This document shows, piece by piece, positions 47,776 to 57,802 of a stretch of DNA of 64,000 bases. The stretch spans positions 4,736,001 through 4,800,000 of the forward strand of contig CBDETK010000013.1 of assembly GCA_965242865.1 (NCBI GenBank). Reading direction: 5' to 3'. Source of the DNA: Candidatus Latescibacterota bacterium. Its GTDB lineage: Bacteria > Latescibacterota > UBA2968 > UBA8231. Within the stretch, counting starts at the first letter, position 1, and each line of letters opens with the position of its first letter. The translations under genes and the position numbers were made by a program. The notes under the pieces were generated by a model. That model had not been told where the DNA came from and searched no databases. It saw only the letters and a list, made by a program, of their open reading frames with translations.

Positions 47776-49524
47776 ATGACGACGGAGCACATTCTACTGA
47801 CCAGTCTGGGGGTGAGACCTCAGGAAACGAAATACCAGTGGGGCGAGCGAACAGTTACCGCATCGTTTACCCCACTGGCATTAGTGCAACTTCTCGACCC
47901 GTCGCAGCAGCCCAATCGCGTTGTCGCGGTGGTCACGCAAGAGGCGAAAGCCAAAACGTGGCCGCTCTTTGAGAAGGGAATTCATCAAACGCTCGGTTTC
48001 GCGCCCGCAGGGATTGATATTCCCGACGGAAATAGCTCTGACGAAATTCGCCAGATTCTCGAATCCGTAGCCGCGTGCGTTCGAGAAGGCGCGGAACTCA
48101 CGCTCGATGTCACGCAAGGGTTGCGGCACTTTCCATTCATCTTTTACGCTTTGGCACTCTACCTTAAATCGCTTCGCAACGTAAAAATTCGCGGTGCTTA
48201 CTACGGCATGATAGAAGGGCTTTCAAAAGACGCGCCCAAGCCGATCATTGACCTTCGACCATTACTCGAATTGCCGGAGTGGTTCCATGCGGTGCGCATG
48301 TTCCGCGATCAGGGGACGACCTTGCCCATAGCAGAACTGCTTGAGCCGTTGGGATGTAGGCTAGAGAAGGAAACCGCGGAACTGTTCAAGGCTGGTAATC
48401 ATGCGGAGGGTCTAGAACGCAGAGCCCAAGTCAAGCAAGTCAAAGATGTCGTTGGTTGGCTTGAAAAGCGTTCGTTTGCTTATGAGTCTGCCTTGCCGCT
48501 CGAATTGGGAAGAGCGAGTCGGCTACTCAGCGATTCGATTAAGAACCTCACCTCTATGAAATTCGACGCGATCCCGCCACTTGCTAAAGAACTAACGGAT
48601 ACCATCGCCAGCGTGGCTGAAGACGCGGCCTTAGCAGGTAATCTGGCAAGAAAGAAGGGGGAATGGAAAACGAAAGCCTCTCTAGATACGGCGGAGTTAG
48701 AGCGTCAGGCTCAGATGATTGATTTGTACTTGGACCGGGACCAACTGCCGCTGGCGGCTGGTTTAATGCGCGAGTGGGTGGTCTCTTGGGCCGTATGGAA
48801 AGATGGAAATCAGCAGTGGCTAGACCGCAAAGTGCGCCGGCGGTATGAGCGTCGCCTCGGTGCTATTGGAGCCTTTGCCAGAGATAAGGCAAGCACACCA
48901 GCGCAGCAGGAGTTCGGCAACTTCTGGAATCAGTTGACCGATGATCTACGCAATGCCCTGCACCACCATGCCATGCGTGAAAAAGCACTTGAAGAGCCAC
49001 CCAAATCCCTTGAATCGGTGCGGTGCTTTTGGAACCGGCTGAGAGCGGGAGAGATCGACCTACCAGTGTTAGGCAGCGGTGGAGGTCGGCTGCTGCTCTC
49101 GCCGCAAGGGACGAAACCGGGTGTGTTGTTTTCAGCGTTAAAGGTCGCTCAACCCGATACCTGTCTGGTAATATGCTCAGCCACATCGAAAAGCAGCATT
49201 GGTGAAGCCAGCGAGCATGCTGGCTTTCAAGGTTCCATTGAGCAGATTGAACTGACCGATCCGCACGGCGATTTTAATAAAATCAAGGCGTTCGTGGAAC
49301 AGGCCCGTTGCCATCTGTTGAATGCTTACGAGGTGGTGGCTAACGTGACCGGCGGCACGACCCTGATGGGCCTGATTGTGCAACGGCTGGTTGAAGAGGC
49401 CCAAAAGCTGGATCGCCCGGTGCGACGCTTTGCCCTCATAGATCGTCGGCCTCCGGCCGAACAGGACCGCGATCCGTTTGTACAAGGCGAGCACCACTGG
49501 CTTGACGACCCACTAACCAAATAG
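47776..49524 (+). CDS. csx1: Csx1-family CARF-HEPN ribonuclease with an extra C-terminal CARF-like domain
   Basis: LTSLG, DVTQGLRH (DxTHG-like), YYG, HEPN RNALHH, C-terminal SPQG..PG / NVTGGT. Confidence 0.8.
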   Translation: MTTEHILLTSLGVRPQETKYQWGERTVTASFTPLALVQLLDPSQQPNRVVAVVTQEAKAKTWPLFEKGIHQTLGFAPAGIDIPDGNSSDEIRQILESVAACVREGAELTLDVTQGLRHFPFIFYALALYLKSLRNVKIRGAYYGMIEGLSKDAPKPIIDLRPLLELPEWFHAVRMFRDQGTTLPIAELLEPLGCRLEKETAELFKAGNHAEGLERRAQVKQVKDVVGWLEKRSFAYESALPLELGRASRLLSDSIKNLTSMKFDAIPPLAKELTDTIASVAEDAALAGNLARKKGEWKTKASLDTAELERQAQMIDLYLDRDQLPLAAGLMREWVVSWAVWKDGNQQWLDRKVRRRYERRLGAIGAFARDKASTPAQQEFGNFWNQLTDDLRNALHHHAMREKALEEPPKSLESVRCFWNRLRAGEIDLPVLGSGGGRLLLSPQGTKPGVLFSALKVAQPDTCLVICSATSKSSIGEASEHAGFQGSIEQIELTDPHGDFNKIKAFVEQARCHLLNAYEVVANVTGGTTLMGLIVQRLVEEAQKLDRPVRRFALIDRRPPAEQDRDPFVQGEHHWLDDPLTK

Positions 49525-49530
49525 CGAGGA

Positions 49531-49676
49531 TATAGTAATCCTACATCGTTTAAGGCTGGATTCCCGCCCCGTGTCGAGGCACGGGGTGACGTTCTTTCGC
49601 GGGAATGACGCCTCCTAGACAAAAAAGACGGTGCCGATGAACATTCCATGCTTTCAAGTCATTTAGGACGACTATA
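49531..49676. mobile_element. MITE family B, copy 1 (TATAG termini)
   Basis: Imperfect TIRs TATAGTAATCCTACAT / ATTTAGGACGACTATA; internal GGATTCCCGC..GCGGGAATGAC palindrome. Confidence 0.7.
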
Positions 49677-49744
49677 AGGTCTCTTCGGCGGTACGTTGAA
49701 TCCGATCTACAGCTCGAGATATACAGAAAGGAAACATTTACATT

Positions 49745-51358
49745 ATGAGTAGCGAATCGTTTGTCATTGTAGTTGATACCCCTTCTATCAAGCGGTATGT
49801 ATTTGGTACTGATTCCTTGAATGAGGTACGGGGTGCCAGTACTTGGCTGGATCGGCTAAATCGCGTCGAGATGAAACGGCGTTTGTGCGAATATCTCGGC
49901 GTGGAGCACGTGGAACAGATCTACGCCAACGGTGGATCGGCGCAGTTTGTAGTCTATCAATGCGACGAAAATACCGTGGAGAAGGCTTGCAAGAACATGG
50001 TCCAGTATGTCCGTGAGCAGACGAGCGGCGAAGTGCGAGTAGTTTACGGTATTGCGCTGCTCGAAGACGAGACATCCTATCAGGCGGCAGTGCAGATGGC
50101 GCATTTCCAGTTGCGCTGCCAACGCGAGATCGCAACTGGCCATCGCAGTACATCCTTGATGCCGATTATGATGGAATGCAAGTCGGCTTCGCATCTGCCG
50201 GCAGCTCATATTGCTGCTCGGGGCGCAGACGGTATGGCTATGTTGTCCAAGGCGAGTTATGAAAAGGATCGACATGGTCGCAACGCACATCGCCGTGGAC
50301 TCTGGGCCAAGTGGATGCAGCATTTGGCGGAGGTGGAGCCATGGCCAACGGAAGAGCAGTGGGACAAACTGCGGTGTTCGGACGTAGAGGAGATTGGCGA
50401 GCACTCGCGTGGCTACATCGGCGTGGTCTATGCCGATGGGAATGCCATGGGAAAAATCGTTCAAGCACTGGACCGACCAGAGACATTCCGCCAATTTAGC
50501 AAAATCGTCGATGAAAGCATTCGGAAGGCGTGTTTCACCGCACTCAGTCAAATCTCCCAACCGGAAGTTGAGCAAGTTCGGGAAGCTCTTGAGCATTCAG
50601 ACCCCCACTTCGAGCCCCTTGCCGCCGACATCTTGCTACTGGGCGGCGATGATTTGTTGGTAGCCGTTCCGGCCGACCGCGCCCTCGATTTTGCCTTGCA
50701 GGCCACAGAAGCGTTTGAACGCCTGACACGAGAGAAGGTTGCCGCTCTGCCAGATGCAAAAACTCAGCAGTTCTTCCGCGACCGCCTCGGCGATCAAGGC
50801 TTCACGATTTCTTGCGGCGTTGCCATTGCCAAAAGCAATTATCCGTTCTACCTTTCGCGGGACTTAGCCGAGCAACTGTTGAAAAACGCCAAGCGACAAG
50901 ACAGCCATGATCCGCAAAAAGCACAAGGGGCTGCACGCATTGATTTTCACGTCGTGGCCGGGGCCAATAGCCATGTTCTCAAAAAGGTGCGCGAGGACAC
51001 TTATCAAGAACTGACTAATGCACCGCGTACCCTTCGGCCTCTATCTCGTTCTCAGTTGGATACATTGCGCGGCACTGTACAGGAACTGCACAAAGTCGGG
51101 TTTCCGCGCAACAAATTGCACGAACTTCAGGAGGCGGCCTTGATAACGGAAGCAAAGCGGGCGGACTGGCACATTCGCAACATTTTCGTCCGTTGCCGCC
51201 ATGGGCAAGAGCGATCAGAACGCCGGGCGTTGTGGCAAGCGGTCGCCAATCTGTGTCCCGACGGGTATGAGTTTGATTTTCCGTGGTTGAAAAAAGAAGA
51301 CCAACGCCTTTTGTGCATAGCGGATCTGGTGGAAGCCTACGATTTATTCCAAAGGTAA
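49745..51358 (+). CDS. cas10: Type III-D Cas10 (no HD domain, GGDD intact)
   Basis: D..SIKRYVF...L.EVRGAS, YADGNAMG, LLGGDDL, EQLLKNAK. Confidence 0.9.
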   Translation: MSSESFVIVVDTPSIKRYVFGTDSLNEVRGASTWLDRLNRVEMKRRLCEYLGVEHVEQIYANGGSAQFVVYQCDENTVEKACKNMVQYVREQTSGEVRVVYGIALLEDETSYQAAVQMAHFQLRCQREIATGHRSTSLMPIMMECKSASHLPAAHIAARGADGMAMLSKASYEKDRHGRNAHRRGLWAKWMQHLAEVEPWPTEEQWDKLRCSDVEEIGEHSRGYIGVVYADGNAMGKIVQALDRPETFRQFSKIVDESIRKACFTALSQISQPEVEQVREALEHSDPHFEPLAADILLLGGDDLLVAVPADRALDFALQATEAFERLTREKVAALPDAKTQQFFRDRLGDQGFTISCGVAIAKSNYPFYLSRDLAEQLLKNAKRQDSHDPQKAQGAARIDFHVVAGANSHVLKKVREDTYQELTNAPRTLRPLSRSQLDTLRGTVQELHKVGFPRNKLHELQEAALITEAKRADWHIRNIFVRCRHGQERSERRALWQAVANLCPDGYEFDFPWLKKEDQRLLCIADLVEAYDLFQR

Positions 51359-51373
51359 AGAGGAGTTTTGCAG

Positions 51374-52117
51374 ATGAAACCCCAACGCTTGGACTTGTGT
51401 TACCGCATTGTTTGGAACGGACGTTGGCACGTCGGCAGTGGCTATCAATCGGCAGTGGCGGATCGCTTGTTGCGACGACTGCCTGATGGATCCTCCTTTG
51501 TTCCCGGCTCCCAGATCAAAGGCGTTCTGCGCCACCACTGCGAACGGTTGGCTTTAGCCTTGGACCTCAAAGCAGTTGACCCACATGCGAGTAGCGAGGA
51601 ACACAACCAGCATCTGGTAAAGCATTTCGCTCCATTGGCGAAGTCAAAGCTGATGGTCGATCGGCTGTTTGGCAGCCGCTACCAAGGAGAATGCTTGTTT
51701 GTAACAAACGCCGCGCCCGCATCGTCTGATAAGAAAAACACTACCTCCGTACAGGCGCGGACAGCCATAGATCGCGTCACGAGAACTGTGATGGAGAAAC
51801 ATTTGTTCACTACCGAACTAACGGAAGGCGACATTGCGTTACAGGGAACGATTCGCGCTCGGCATCCCGCTGATGTTCTGACGCAGGAGGACGATGGGTT
51901 TCCGTATGAATATAGTCTCCTGATAGCTGGCCTGCTGTCTCTCGATGCCTTGGGCGGCGACAAGAGCGTTGGCTTGGGGCGGTGTAGGATTGATTTCGAT
52001 GAGGAATCATTGCGTTGGAACGATGAGAGCGTCTCCAAAGAATATGCCCTTCAGAGCTTTGAAGATGAAGATTGGAACGATTGGGTGGATATTCTACGCG
52101 AGGAAGCAACGCCATGA
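51374..52117 (+). CDS. Type III-D Cas7-group RAMP
   Basis: WHVGSG, VPGSQIKGVLR, RTAIDR, LGGDKSVGLG. Confidence 0.88.
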   Translation: MKPQRLDLCYRIVWNGRWHVGSGYQSAVADRLLRRLPDGSSFVPGSQIKGVLRHHCERLALALDLKAVDPHASSEEHNQHLVKHFAPLAKSKLMVDRLFGSRYQGECLFVTNAAPASSDKKNTTSVQARTAIDRVTRTVMEKHLFTTELTEGDIALQGTIRARHPADVLTQEDDGFPYEYSLLIAGLLSLDALGGDKSVGLGRCRIDFDEESLRWNDESVSKEYALQSFEDEDWNDWVDILREEATP

Positions 52118-53358
52118 ACAAAGTGCCCGTAACAGCAAAATTGCTCGCGCCGGTAGTCATCAAACGCTACCGACAATCTGAACGCTCCGAAAGCGTACAT
52201 TCCGTGGCAGGGACGCTAGTGCGTGGCGCTTTGGCTGCCCTCTATTTGCAGCGTCACGGACAGGCCGACGCCACGTTCAATCGCTTGTTCCTGAACGAAG
52301 CCTCGTGTCGCTTTGGGCCATTGGACCCTGGCCCCAAGCACTTTCCCTTGACTGCTGCGTCCTGCAAACGCGAACGCAGAAAACACGCATTCGTGGACCA
52401 ACTGTGGTTCCGCATCGCTCAACACCACCTCGCGGGCCGCGTACCAGAAAACGCTGCCACCGCTTGGCGTCGATGTAGAGAATGCGAGGCCGATTTGAAG
52501 GGACATGACGGCTTTTGGCAACAACGAGAAAACGGTCATCTGTGCGACATGAGCATTGACACTCAAGTCGCCGCTCATGTCGGCATTGATCGCCAGACCG
52601 CCACCGCCGCCGAATCTATATTTTACACGCTTGAATCTATGTCGCCTTCTTGCAAGAAAGTAGATCTGCACGGCTGGCTCATGGCCGATGCCGAGGCACT
52701 CGCCGCCTTGGAGCAACTCTTGCAGGATGAAGACAGCAGCATCTCGGTCGGCCATCACCGCACACGCGGCTATGGCGATGTGCGCTTAACATTAGGTGAA
52801 CCTGTTGACAGAGACGATTCGCCGGTGCGCACGGAGGATTGGAAGCAATGGAGCCGCGATCTGATCGCCGATCTCGGCTCTCCACCGATCTCGGTTCCCG
52901 ACCTCGATCCAGAGGATTTTTACTTCGGTCTGTCATTTCCGACGGGTGCTGTGTTCGTCGATCGTTTTCTGCGCTATACCACGGATCCGGCCGACGTGAT
53001 TCCTTGGTTGCCCACTATGCCTTCTGTTGACGTTGCGTTTCCGCTAAAAGACCGCCCTGCTCGGCAACTTCCAGCGGGGGGCACAGTCCGCTGGATTACT
53101 GCTGTAACTCGGCACGAACGCCTGCGCGGCTGGAATGCGGCTCACGGCTTGCCGCGTCAGGATGAGTGGGTCGTAGCACGTGGTGCGGTCTATGTCTATT
53201 GCTTTCAGGGCACTGCCGAAGAGCGCGAAGCACTCATTGAGCGACTCGCTACTTTGTCCGAAGACGGCGTCGGGCTGCGGCGCAATGAAGGCTTTGGCAC
53301 GGTGATGGTGTCGGATGATTTCCATTGTCGATTTCACAAACAGGAGGTGCAGTCGTGA
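52114..53358 (+). CDS. csx10: Csx10 (Cas5-group RAMP)
   Basis: GTLVRGALA, HVGIDR, RTRGYG, GWN, GVGLRRNEGFG.V. Confidence 0.8.
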   Translation: MNKVPVTAKLLAPVVIKRYRQSERSESVHSVAGTLVRGALAALYLQRHGQADATFNRLFLNEASCRFGPLDPGPKHFPLTAASCKRERRKHAFVDQLWFRIAQHHLAGRVPENAATAWRRCRECEADLKGHDGFWQQRENGHLCDMSIDTQVAAHVGIDRQTATAAESIFYTLESMSPSCKKVDLHGWLMADAEALAALEQLLQDEDSSISVGHHRTRGYGDVRLTLGEPVDRDDSPVRTEDWKQWSRDLIADLGSPPISVPDLDPEDFYFGLSFPTGAVFVDRFLRYTTDPADVIPWLPTMPSVDVAFPLKDRPARQLPAGGTVRWITAVTRHERLRGWNAAHGLPRQDEWVVARGAVYVYCFQGTAEEREALIERLATLSEDGVGLRRNEGFGTVMVSDDFHCRFHKQEVQS

Positions 53359-53777
53359 CCGTTTTGAACAACGACCTGATTCAAAAAACCGATCGCTATA
53401 TTGACGAGAATCACGAGGCGTTTTCCGAGTTGGGAAAGCGTTTCTTTGAGGTGTTTGACTACGACAAGGGGAACAACCGCATCAGCACACAGATCCGCAA
53501 TCTGCAACAAATTACCTGCTCAGCCACGCGCTTTGCGGATATTGAAGATTTCGTGGAAAATCAGATGGGTAAGGAACAAAAAGAACATAAGTGGAAAAGA
53601 CTGGGCGGCGACATTCTGAAACAGTTGGAGGAATTGCGTAGCAAGAGTCAAAAGCTCGATACCGACCCTGCCAACCAGATGGCTCTGCGGTTGCGTCTCG
53701 CCCGCGGCTGGGTGCGGGCCGTGGTCAGCGAATACCTCTACCAAGTCGCGTGCGATCAGATGGGAGGTGCCAAATGA
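53355..53777 (+). CDS. Putative Cas11-like small subunit
   Basis: Helical; STQIRNL, F..NQMGK; position in operon; GGAGG RBS. Confidence 0.65.
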   Translation: MTVLNNDLIQKTDRYIDENHEAFSELGKRFFEVFDYDKGNNRISTQIRNLQQITCSATRFADIEDFVENQMGKEQKEHKWKRLGGDILKQLEELRSKSQKLDTDPANQMALRLRLARGWVRAVVSEYLYQVACDQMGGAK

Positions 53778-54262
53778 CGCTTGTGGACTTACTGTCTGAT
53801 ACGACCTATCGACAACAGGGCAAGGAGCAACTGGATAAACTATTGGGTGACGGCAATCGATTCCCTGTGGAGCGTACCCAGATTTACGGCCTTCGCCAGA
53901 TCGCTCGCCAGCAGCCCGGAAAGGTCAAAGAGTTTGCCAACCATCAGCGCGAGCGTGCCCGACTTAAAGAGAAACAAGCTGAAGTTGAGTTTTGGACTTT
54001 GGTGGCGGACTTGTGTAGCGACTCGACCTCTGATTGGTCCGTGCTCAAAGAAGGCCATTCCCATCTTCCCGAAGAACTACGAGAAGAAAACATCCCCACA
54101 AAACAAGAATGTAAAACGAATGAAGATCGGGGTCGCCGCAATAAACTCAGGAGACAGCAACGGGAGTGGCTTGCACAGTGGGAAAACGAGCACATTCCAG
54201 CGTTTTTTGAGCGTTTCTGTACGCACGCTTCGTTCCGCTTAGGACTGGCAGAAAAGGAGTAA
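53774..54262 (+). CDS. Second putative small-subunit-like protein
   Basis: RTQIYGL..., FANHQ; helical; translationally coupled. Confidence 0.55.
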   Translation: MTLVDLLSDTTYRQQGKEQLDKLLGDGNRFPVERTQIYGLRQIARQQPGKVKEFANHQRERARLKEKQAEVEFWTLVADLCSDSTSDWSVLKEGHSHLPEELREENIPTKQECKTNEDRGRRNKLRRQQREWLAQWENEHIPAFFERFCTHASFRLGLAEKE

Positions 54263-54265
54263 GAC

Positions 54266-55108
54266 ATGATGAATTTCAGATTACAGCAAAAGAACCGGAT
54301 CACCGCGTCCCTCGTGTTCGATACCGCGTGGCGCATCGGCTCCGGTAGAGAGGGCGAGACCATGGGCGATTTGGGTGTGATGCTCGATCCCAAGGGCCAA
54401 CCCATCCTTCCCGGATCCTCGCTCAAGGGTAAATTGCGGAGCACCTGCGAAACCCTATCGCATGCCTTGGGGCTGAATGCCTGCATGTTGAATCACGAGG
54501 CAAGCCGCGTCAAATGCACCAGCGATGTCAACTACTATCACAAGGTCAGGGAAGCGTATCAGGAGACGCTACAAAAGGAAAAGGGACTCCAAGCCCGTCT
54601 GAAATGGATTGACGACCACACCTGTGACGTGTGCAAGCTGTTCGGCTCTCCCGTACAGGCTGGTCGGCTGTGGGTCAGCGACGGCATGTTGCAAGAGTGG
54701 GCGTCCGTTGTGCAGGTGCGCGATGGCGTGGTGATCGACCGAGACAGCCAGACAGCGGTCAATGGTCTCAAATACGACTACGAAGTCGTCCCGCCCGGTA
54801 GCAAATTTGAACTTTGCGTTGATCTCGAAAACCCGACCGATCGAGATATGGCCTTATTCGGCGCGGCTCTGTTTGAATGGCATGCTGGCAGCAGTATTGG
54901 TGGGTTTACGAGCCGTGGGCTCGGGCGTTTCCGCTTGGAAAATATCAAACTTTCCGGTGTTGACCTGAACGACACACAGCAGCGAGTGAGGTTTTTGACG
55001 GCAACAAAAGCGGAAGATCGCCTTTCCTATCAGGATGATTGGGAGACTTACTTTACCGAGCGCATCCAACGGCAACTAAAACCTACTACCGAAATTGAGG
55101 AGAGCTAA
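54266..55108 (+). CDS. Cas7-group RAMP (Csx7-like)
   Basis: RIGSG, LPGSSLKGKLRS, CDVCKLFGS, VRDGVVIDRD, IGGFTSRGLG. Confidence 0.88.
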   Translation: MMNFRLQQKNRITASLVFDTAWRIGSGREGETMGDLGVMLDPKGQPILPGSSLKGKLRSTCETLSHALGLNACMLNHEASRVKCTSDVNYYHKVREAYQETLQKEKGLQARLKWIDDHTCDVCKLFGSPVQAGRLWVSDGMLQEWASVVQVRDGVVIDRDSQTAVNGLKYDYEVVPPGSKFELCVDLENPTDRDMALFGAALFEWHAGSSIGGFTSRGLGRFRLENIKLSGVDLNDTQQRVRFLTATKAEDRLSYQDDWETYFTERIQRQLKPTTEIEES

Positions 55109-55110
55109 CC

Positions 55111-56073
55111 ATGTTGCGGAAATGGCTCTGTCAAGCTGACGTAAAGATCGCCATCGAGCCGGTTGACCCGGTGCTGATCAAAAGTGGCTACGCGACCATC
55201 GATGGCGCAGACATGGTGCCCGTATCGACGTTCAAGAACGGCAAGCGCATGTATTACTTCCCCGGCACATCGCTCAAAGGCGTACTCCGCAGCCATCTGG
55301 AGCGCATCGCCCGCACCTTGAAACAAGGCAGCGTGTGCCTTCCCTACTACGATTCCAAGAAGACCATTGCAATACCCGTTGCGGAGGAACAAAACTCTTA
55401 TGGCTGCGGGTATCGTTCACAGGGTGGCCGGGGCGAGGATACGGCGTCGGTCGCCTACGCCGATTCGTGCGCTGCGTGTCGCTTGTTCGGCTCGCTCAAG
55501 TTTGGCGGGCGTTTCAGCATCGGCGATGCTTACCCGCTAAAGGGGCATGAGCCTACGCCGCCGGAATCGCGCAATGGCGTGGGGATTGATCGCTTTACGG
55601 GTGGAACGGTGCCCGGTGTCCTGTTCGATTTGCAAGTACTGGTCGACGGAAAATTTGAAGCTAGCTTGCGGCTGACGAATTTTGAACTCTGGCAACTGGC
55701 CGCTCTCAACCTGTTGTTGGTCGATTTGCAAGACGAAATGATCGCCATAGGTTCGGGACGCAGCAGAGGGCTTGGTCGCGTCCGCAGCACCGTCACTTCG
55801 TATCGCCTGACTTATGTGCGGACCGTTGAGCATCTCGTGGGTTTGTACCAACTCGCGACTTCACAAGAGCAGGACGCCTATTCTTTGCACGACTGGACTC
55901 CTTCCACCCCTATTGATCTACCAGATGCTCAGGTACACGGCCTGCGCCGACAGTACGATCTGAAGGACGATTGGGACCAAAAATTGCAGGTGCTCACCCC
56001 GGCCTTTGAGTCCTTTTTGCAGTGGCATGGTGGACCTCAAGGCGACATCGCTAATCAGGGGACCCGATCATGA
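55111..56073 (+). CDS. Cas7-group RAMP
   Basis: FPGTSLKGVLRS, CRLFGS, RNGVGIDRFTGG, IGSGRSRGLG. Confidence 0.88.
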   Translation: MLRKWLCQADVKIAIEPVDPVLIKSGYATIDGADMVPVSTFKNGKRMYYFPGTSLKGVLRSHLERIARTLKQGSVCLPYYDSKKTIAIPVAEEQNSYGCGYRSQGGRGEDTASVAYADSCAACRLFGSLKFGGRFSIGDAYPLKGHEPTPPESRNGVGIDRFTGGTVPGVLFDLQVLVDGKFEASLRLTNFELWQLAALNLLLVDLQDEMIAIGSGRSRGLGRVRSTVTSYRLTYVRTVEHLVGLYQLATSQEQDAYSLHDWTPSTPIDLPDAQVHGLRRQYDLKDDWDQKLQVLTPAFESFLQWHGGPQGDIANQGTRS

Positions 56074-56666
56074 TGGCTTTCTTGAAAGCGGCGGATTTAA
56101 CACAGAATAGCTTTCTGTCTCTGCTCGAAAATCTCCGCCCGCCCGACGCCGACAAATCCCGGGGGCACATCTGGCTGGAAGCCCCGGATGGCTGGGCTTT
56201 GGATTGGTGGGATTGGCAATCCGGCCTTAACGGCGATCTCCGTTGGTGTGGGGCGGGCCGCGAGCCAGTTCACGAATGTGCCAAGGACTGTCTGCGTCGC
56301 TCCACTGCCGGCCGGTTGTTTGCCCCCGATGGCGAGTTGCGTTGGCGCGTCATTCCCTCCTTGGGTCAATCGTGCTGGCGTGCGGTCTTTCTCGGCACGA
56401 CCGATTGGGTGAATGCGGTTCTGGAGGATCACTCTGACAGCCTGCATGATTTGAAGCCGCATCGGGACCGCTTTTTCCTTTGGGGCCAGCAAACCGCTGA
56501 GACGCCGGACGAATGGATCGAATTACGCATTCCGCATCGCTTCCGCTATCCGGTGAGTGGCAATCCTCGCAGCGTAAAAGTTGTCGTTGAACAGTGGAAC
56601 GACGAGATCGGCGAGCCTCACTTTGTCCGTCTGTGTGCCCTCGAACCTTATCAGGAGCAAGAGTGA
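56070..56666 (+). CDS. csx19: Csx19
   Basis: GRLF...GELRWR, FLWG, E.RIP, FVRL; precedes the final RAMP. Confidence 0.75.
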   Translation: MMAFLKAADLTQNSFLSLLENLRPPDADKSRGHIWLEAPDGWALDWWDWQSGLNGDLRWCGAGREPVHECAKDCLRRSTAGRLFAPDGELRWRVIPSLGQSCWRAVFLGTTDWVNAVLEDHSDSLHDLKPHRDRFFLWGQQTAETPDEWIELRIPHRFRYPVSGNPRSVKVVVEQWNDEIGEPHFVRLCALEPYQEQE

Positions 56667-57763
56667 TGCCTCAAGGCGAGACCTTCTGGAACCCCTATCG
56701 CTGGGTTACTGTCAGTAACCAACCCATTGAACGCGATGAGCCGCGTTATCATCATACCTCAAGCGGCCTTTCCGGCCGCCTCTGGTGCGAACTTGAGGCA
56801 CTGACCCCGTTGATTATCGGCGATGGTCGCGGCGAACTCATCAACTTTGTTCGCCACCGACATAATGAGCGTCCCTATATTCCGGCCACGTCGCTCAAGG
56901 GCGCAATGCGTTCCTTAGCCGAAGTCGTCGGCAACGCCGCCGTTCCGTTTTCAAAGGTTTCGGTTGATGCCCAACATGCATTGGCGCAGGCGCGAAAAAA
57001 TTCTCATTTCGACACCGTAGCCAGAACATTCGGCTACTTGGACGCTAGCCATGTCTTCGCTGGTTTGATTCGCTTCAGCGATGCGGAGATCTCTACGGAA
57101 GTGATGCCACCGAATAAGTGGCCGCAGTACAAAGTAGCTGTCGGCCAGCCCAAGCCGAGCCACAACGCATTTTATCGCCAAAAGAATCAACGCAAATTCT
57201 ACCATCATCACCCAAGAGTTCAGCAGCTCATCGAAGCACCTCCCAACATCAAGCAAATCGCCAACCTAAGACCCGCTCCACCCGGCACCTGTTTTAGCTT
57301 TACGGTGGACTTTGCAAATCTACGCGAGGCCGAACTCAATTTGCTGCTCTACTGCTTGGTGCTTGAAGAGGACGTCACCATCAAACTCAGCCCAGCGGCA
57401 TTGGATCCTGACGCTCAAGGGCCTGTCACATTACCCGGTCCGCTGCGTCATAAAATAGGCGGTGCCAAGCCGCACGGGGCTGGCTCTGTCCACATTTCCA
57501 TTGCGAAGATGGAACTACGCACGGACGCGATGGCACGCTATCGCGGCAGCGACCCTGTCGAGACATGGGAAGCAGAAGTTCTCAGCAGTGAACTCGACCG
57601 GCGCACCGCATCGTTTCGGGAGCGTGCCGATCAAACCATGCGAGAGTTGCGTTCTATGTTGATCTATTCTACTGACGATCCCAGAAAGCCTATTCGCTAT
57701 CCAACCTTTGGATGGTTTCAGAATACAAGCAATTCAAGCAGGCAGTTAAAACCTACGATTTAG
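56666..57763 (+). CDS. Type III-D terminal Cas7-group RAMP (TIGR03986-like)
   Basis: F.NPY.WV, LTPLII, IPATSLKG..RS, RKFY.H, KIGGAKP.G.G. Confidence 0.85.
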   Translation: MPQGETFWNPYRWVTVSNQPIERDEPRYHHTSSGLSGRLWCELEALTPLIIGDGRGELINFVRHRHNERPYIPATSLKGAMRSLAEVVGNAAVPFSKVSVDAQHALAQARKNSHFDTVARTFGYLDASHVFAGLIRFSDAEISTEVMPPNKWPQYKVAVGQPKPSHNAFYRQKNQRKFYHHHPRVQQLIEAPPNIKQIANLRPAPPGTCFSFTVDFANLREAELNLLLYCLVLEEDVTIKLSPAALDPDAQGPVTLPGPLRHKIGGAKPHGAGSVHISIAKMELRTDAMARYRGSDPVETWEAEVLSSELDRRTASFRERADQTMRELRSMLIYSTDDPRKPIRYPTFGWFQNTSNSSRQLKPTI

Positions 57764-57802
57764 ATCGCAGAACACTTGATCTCCGAAAGGAAGTTGACGC
57801 GC

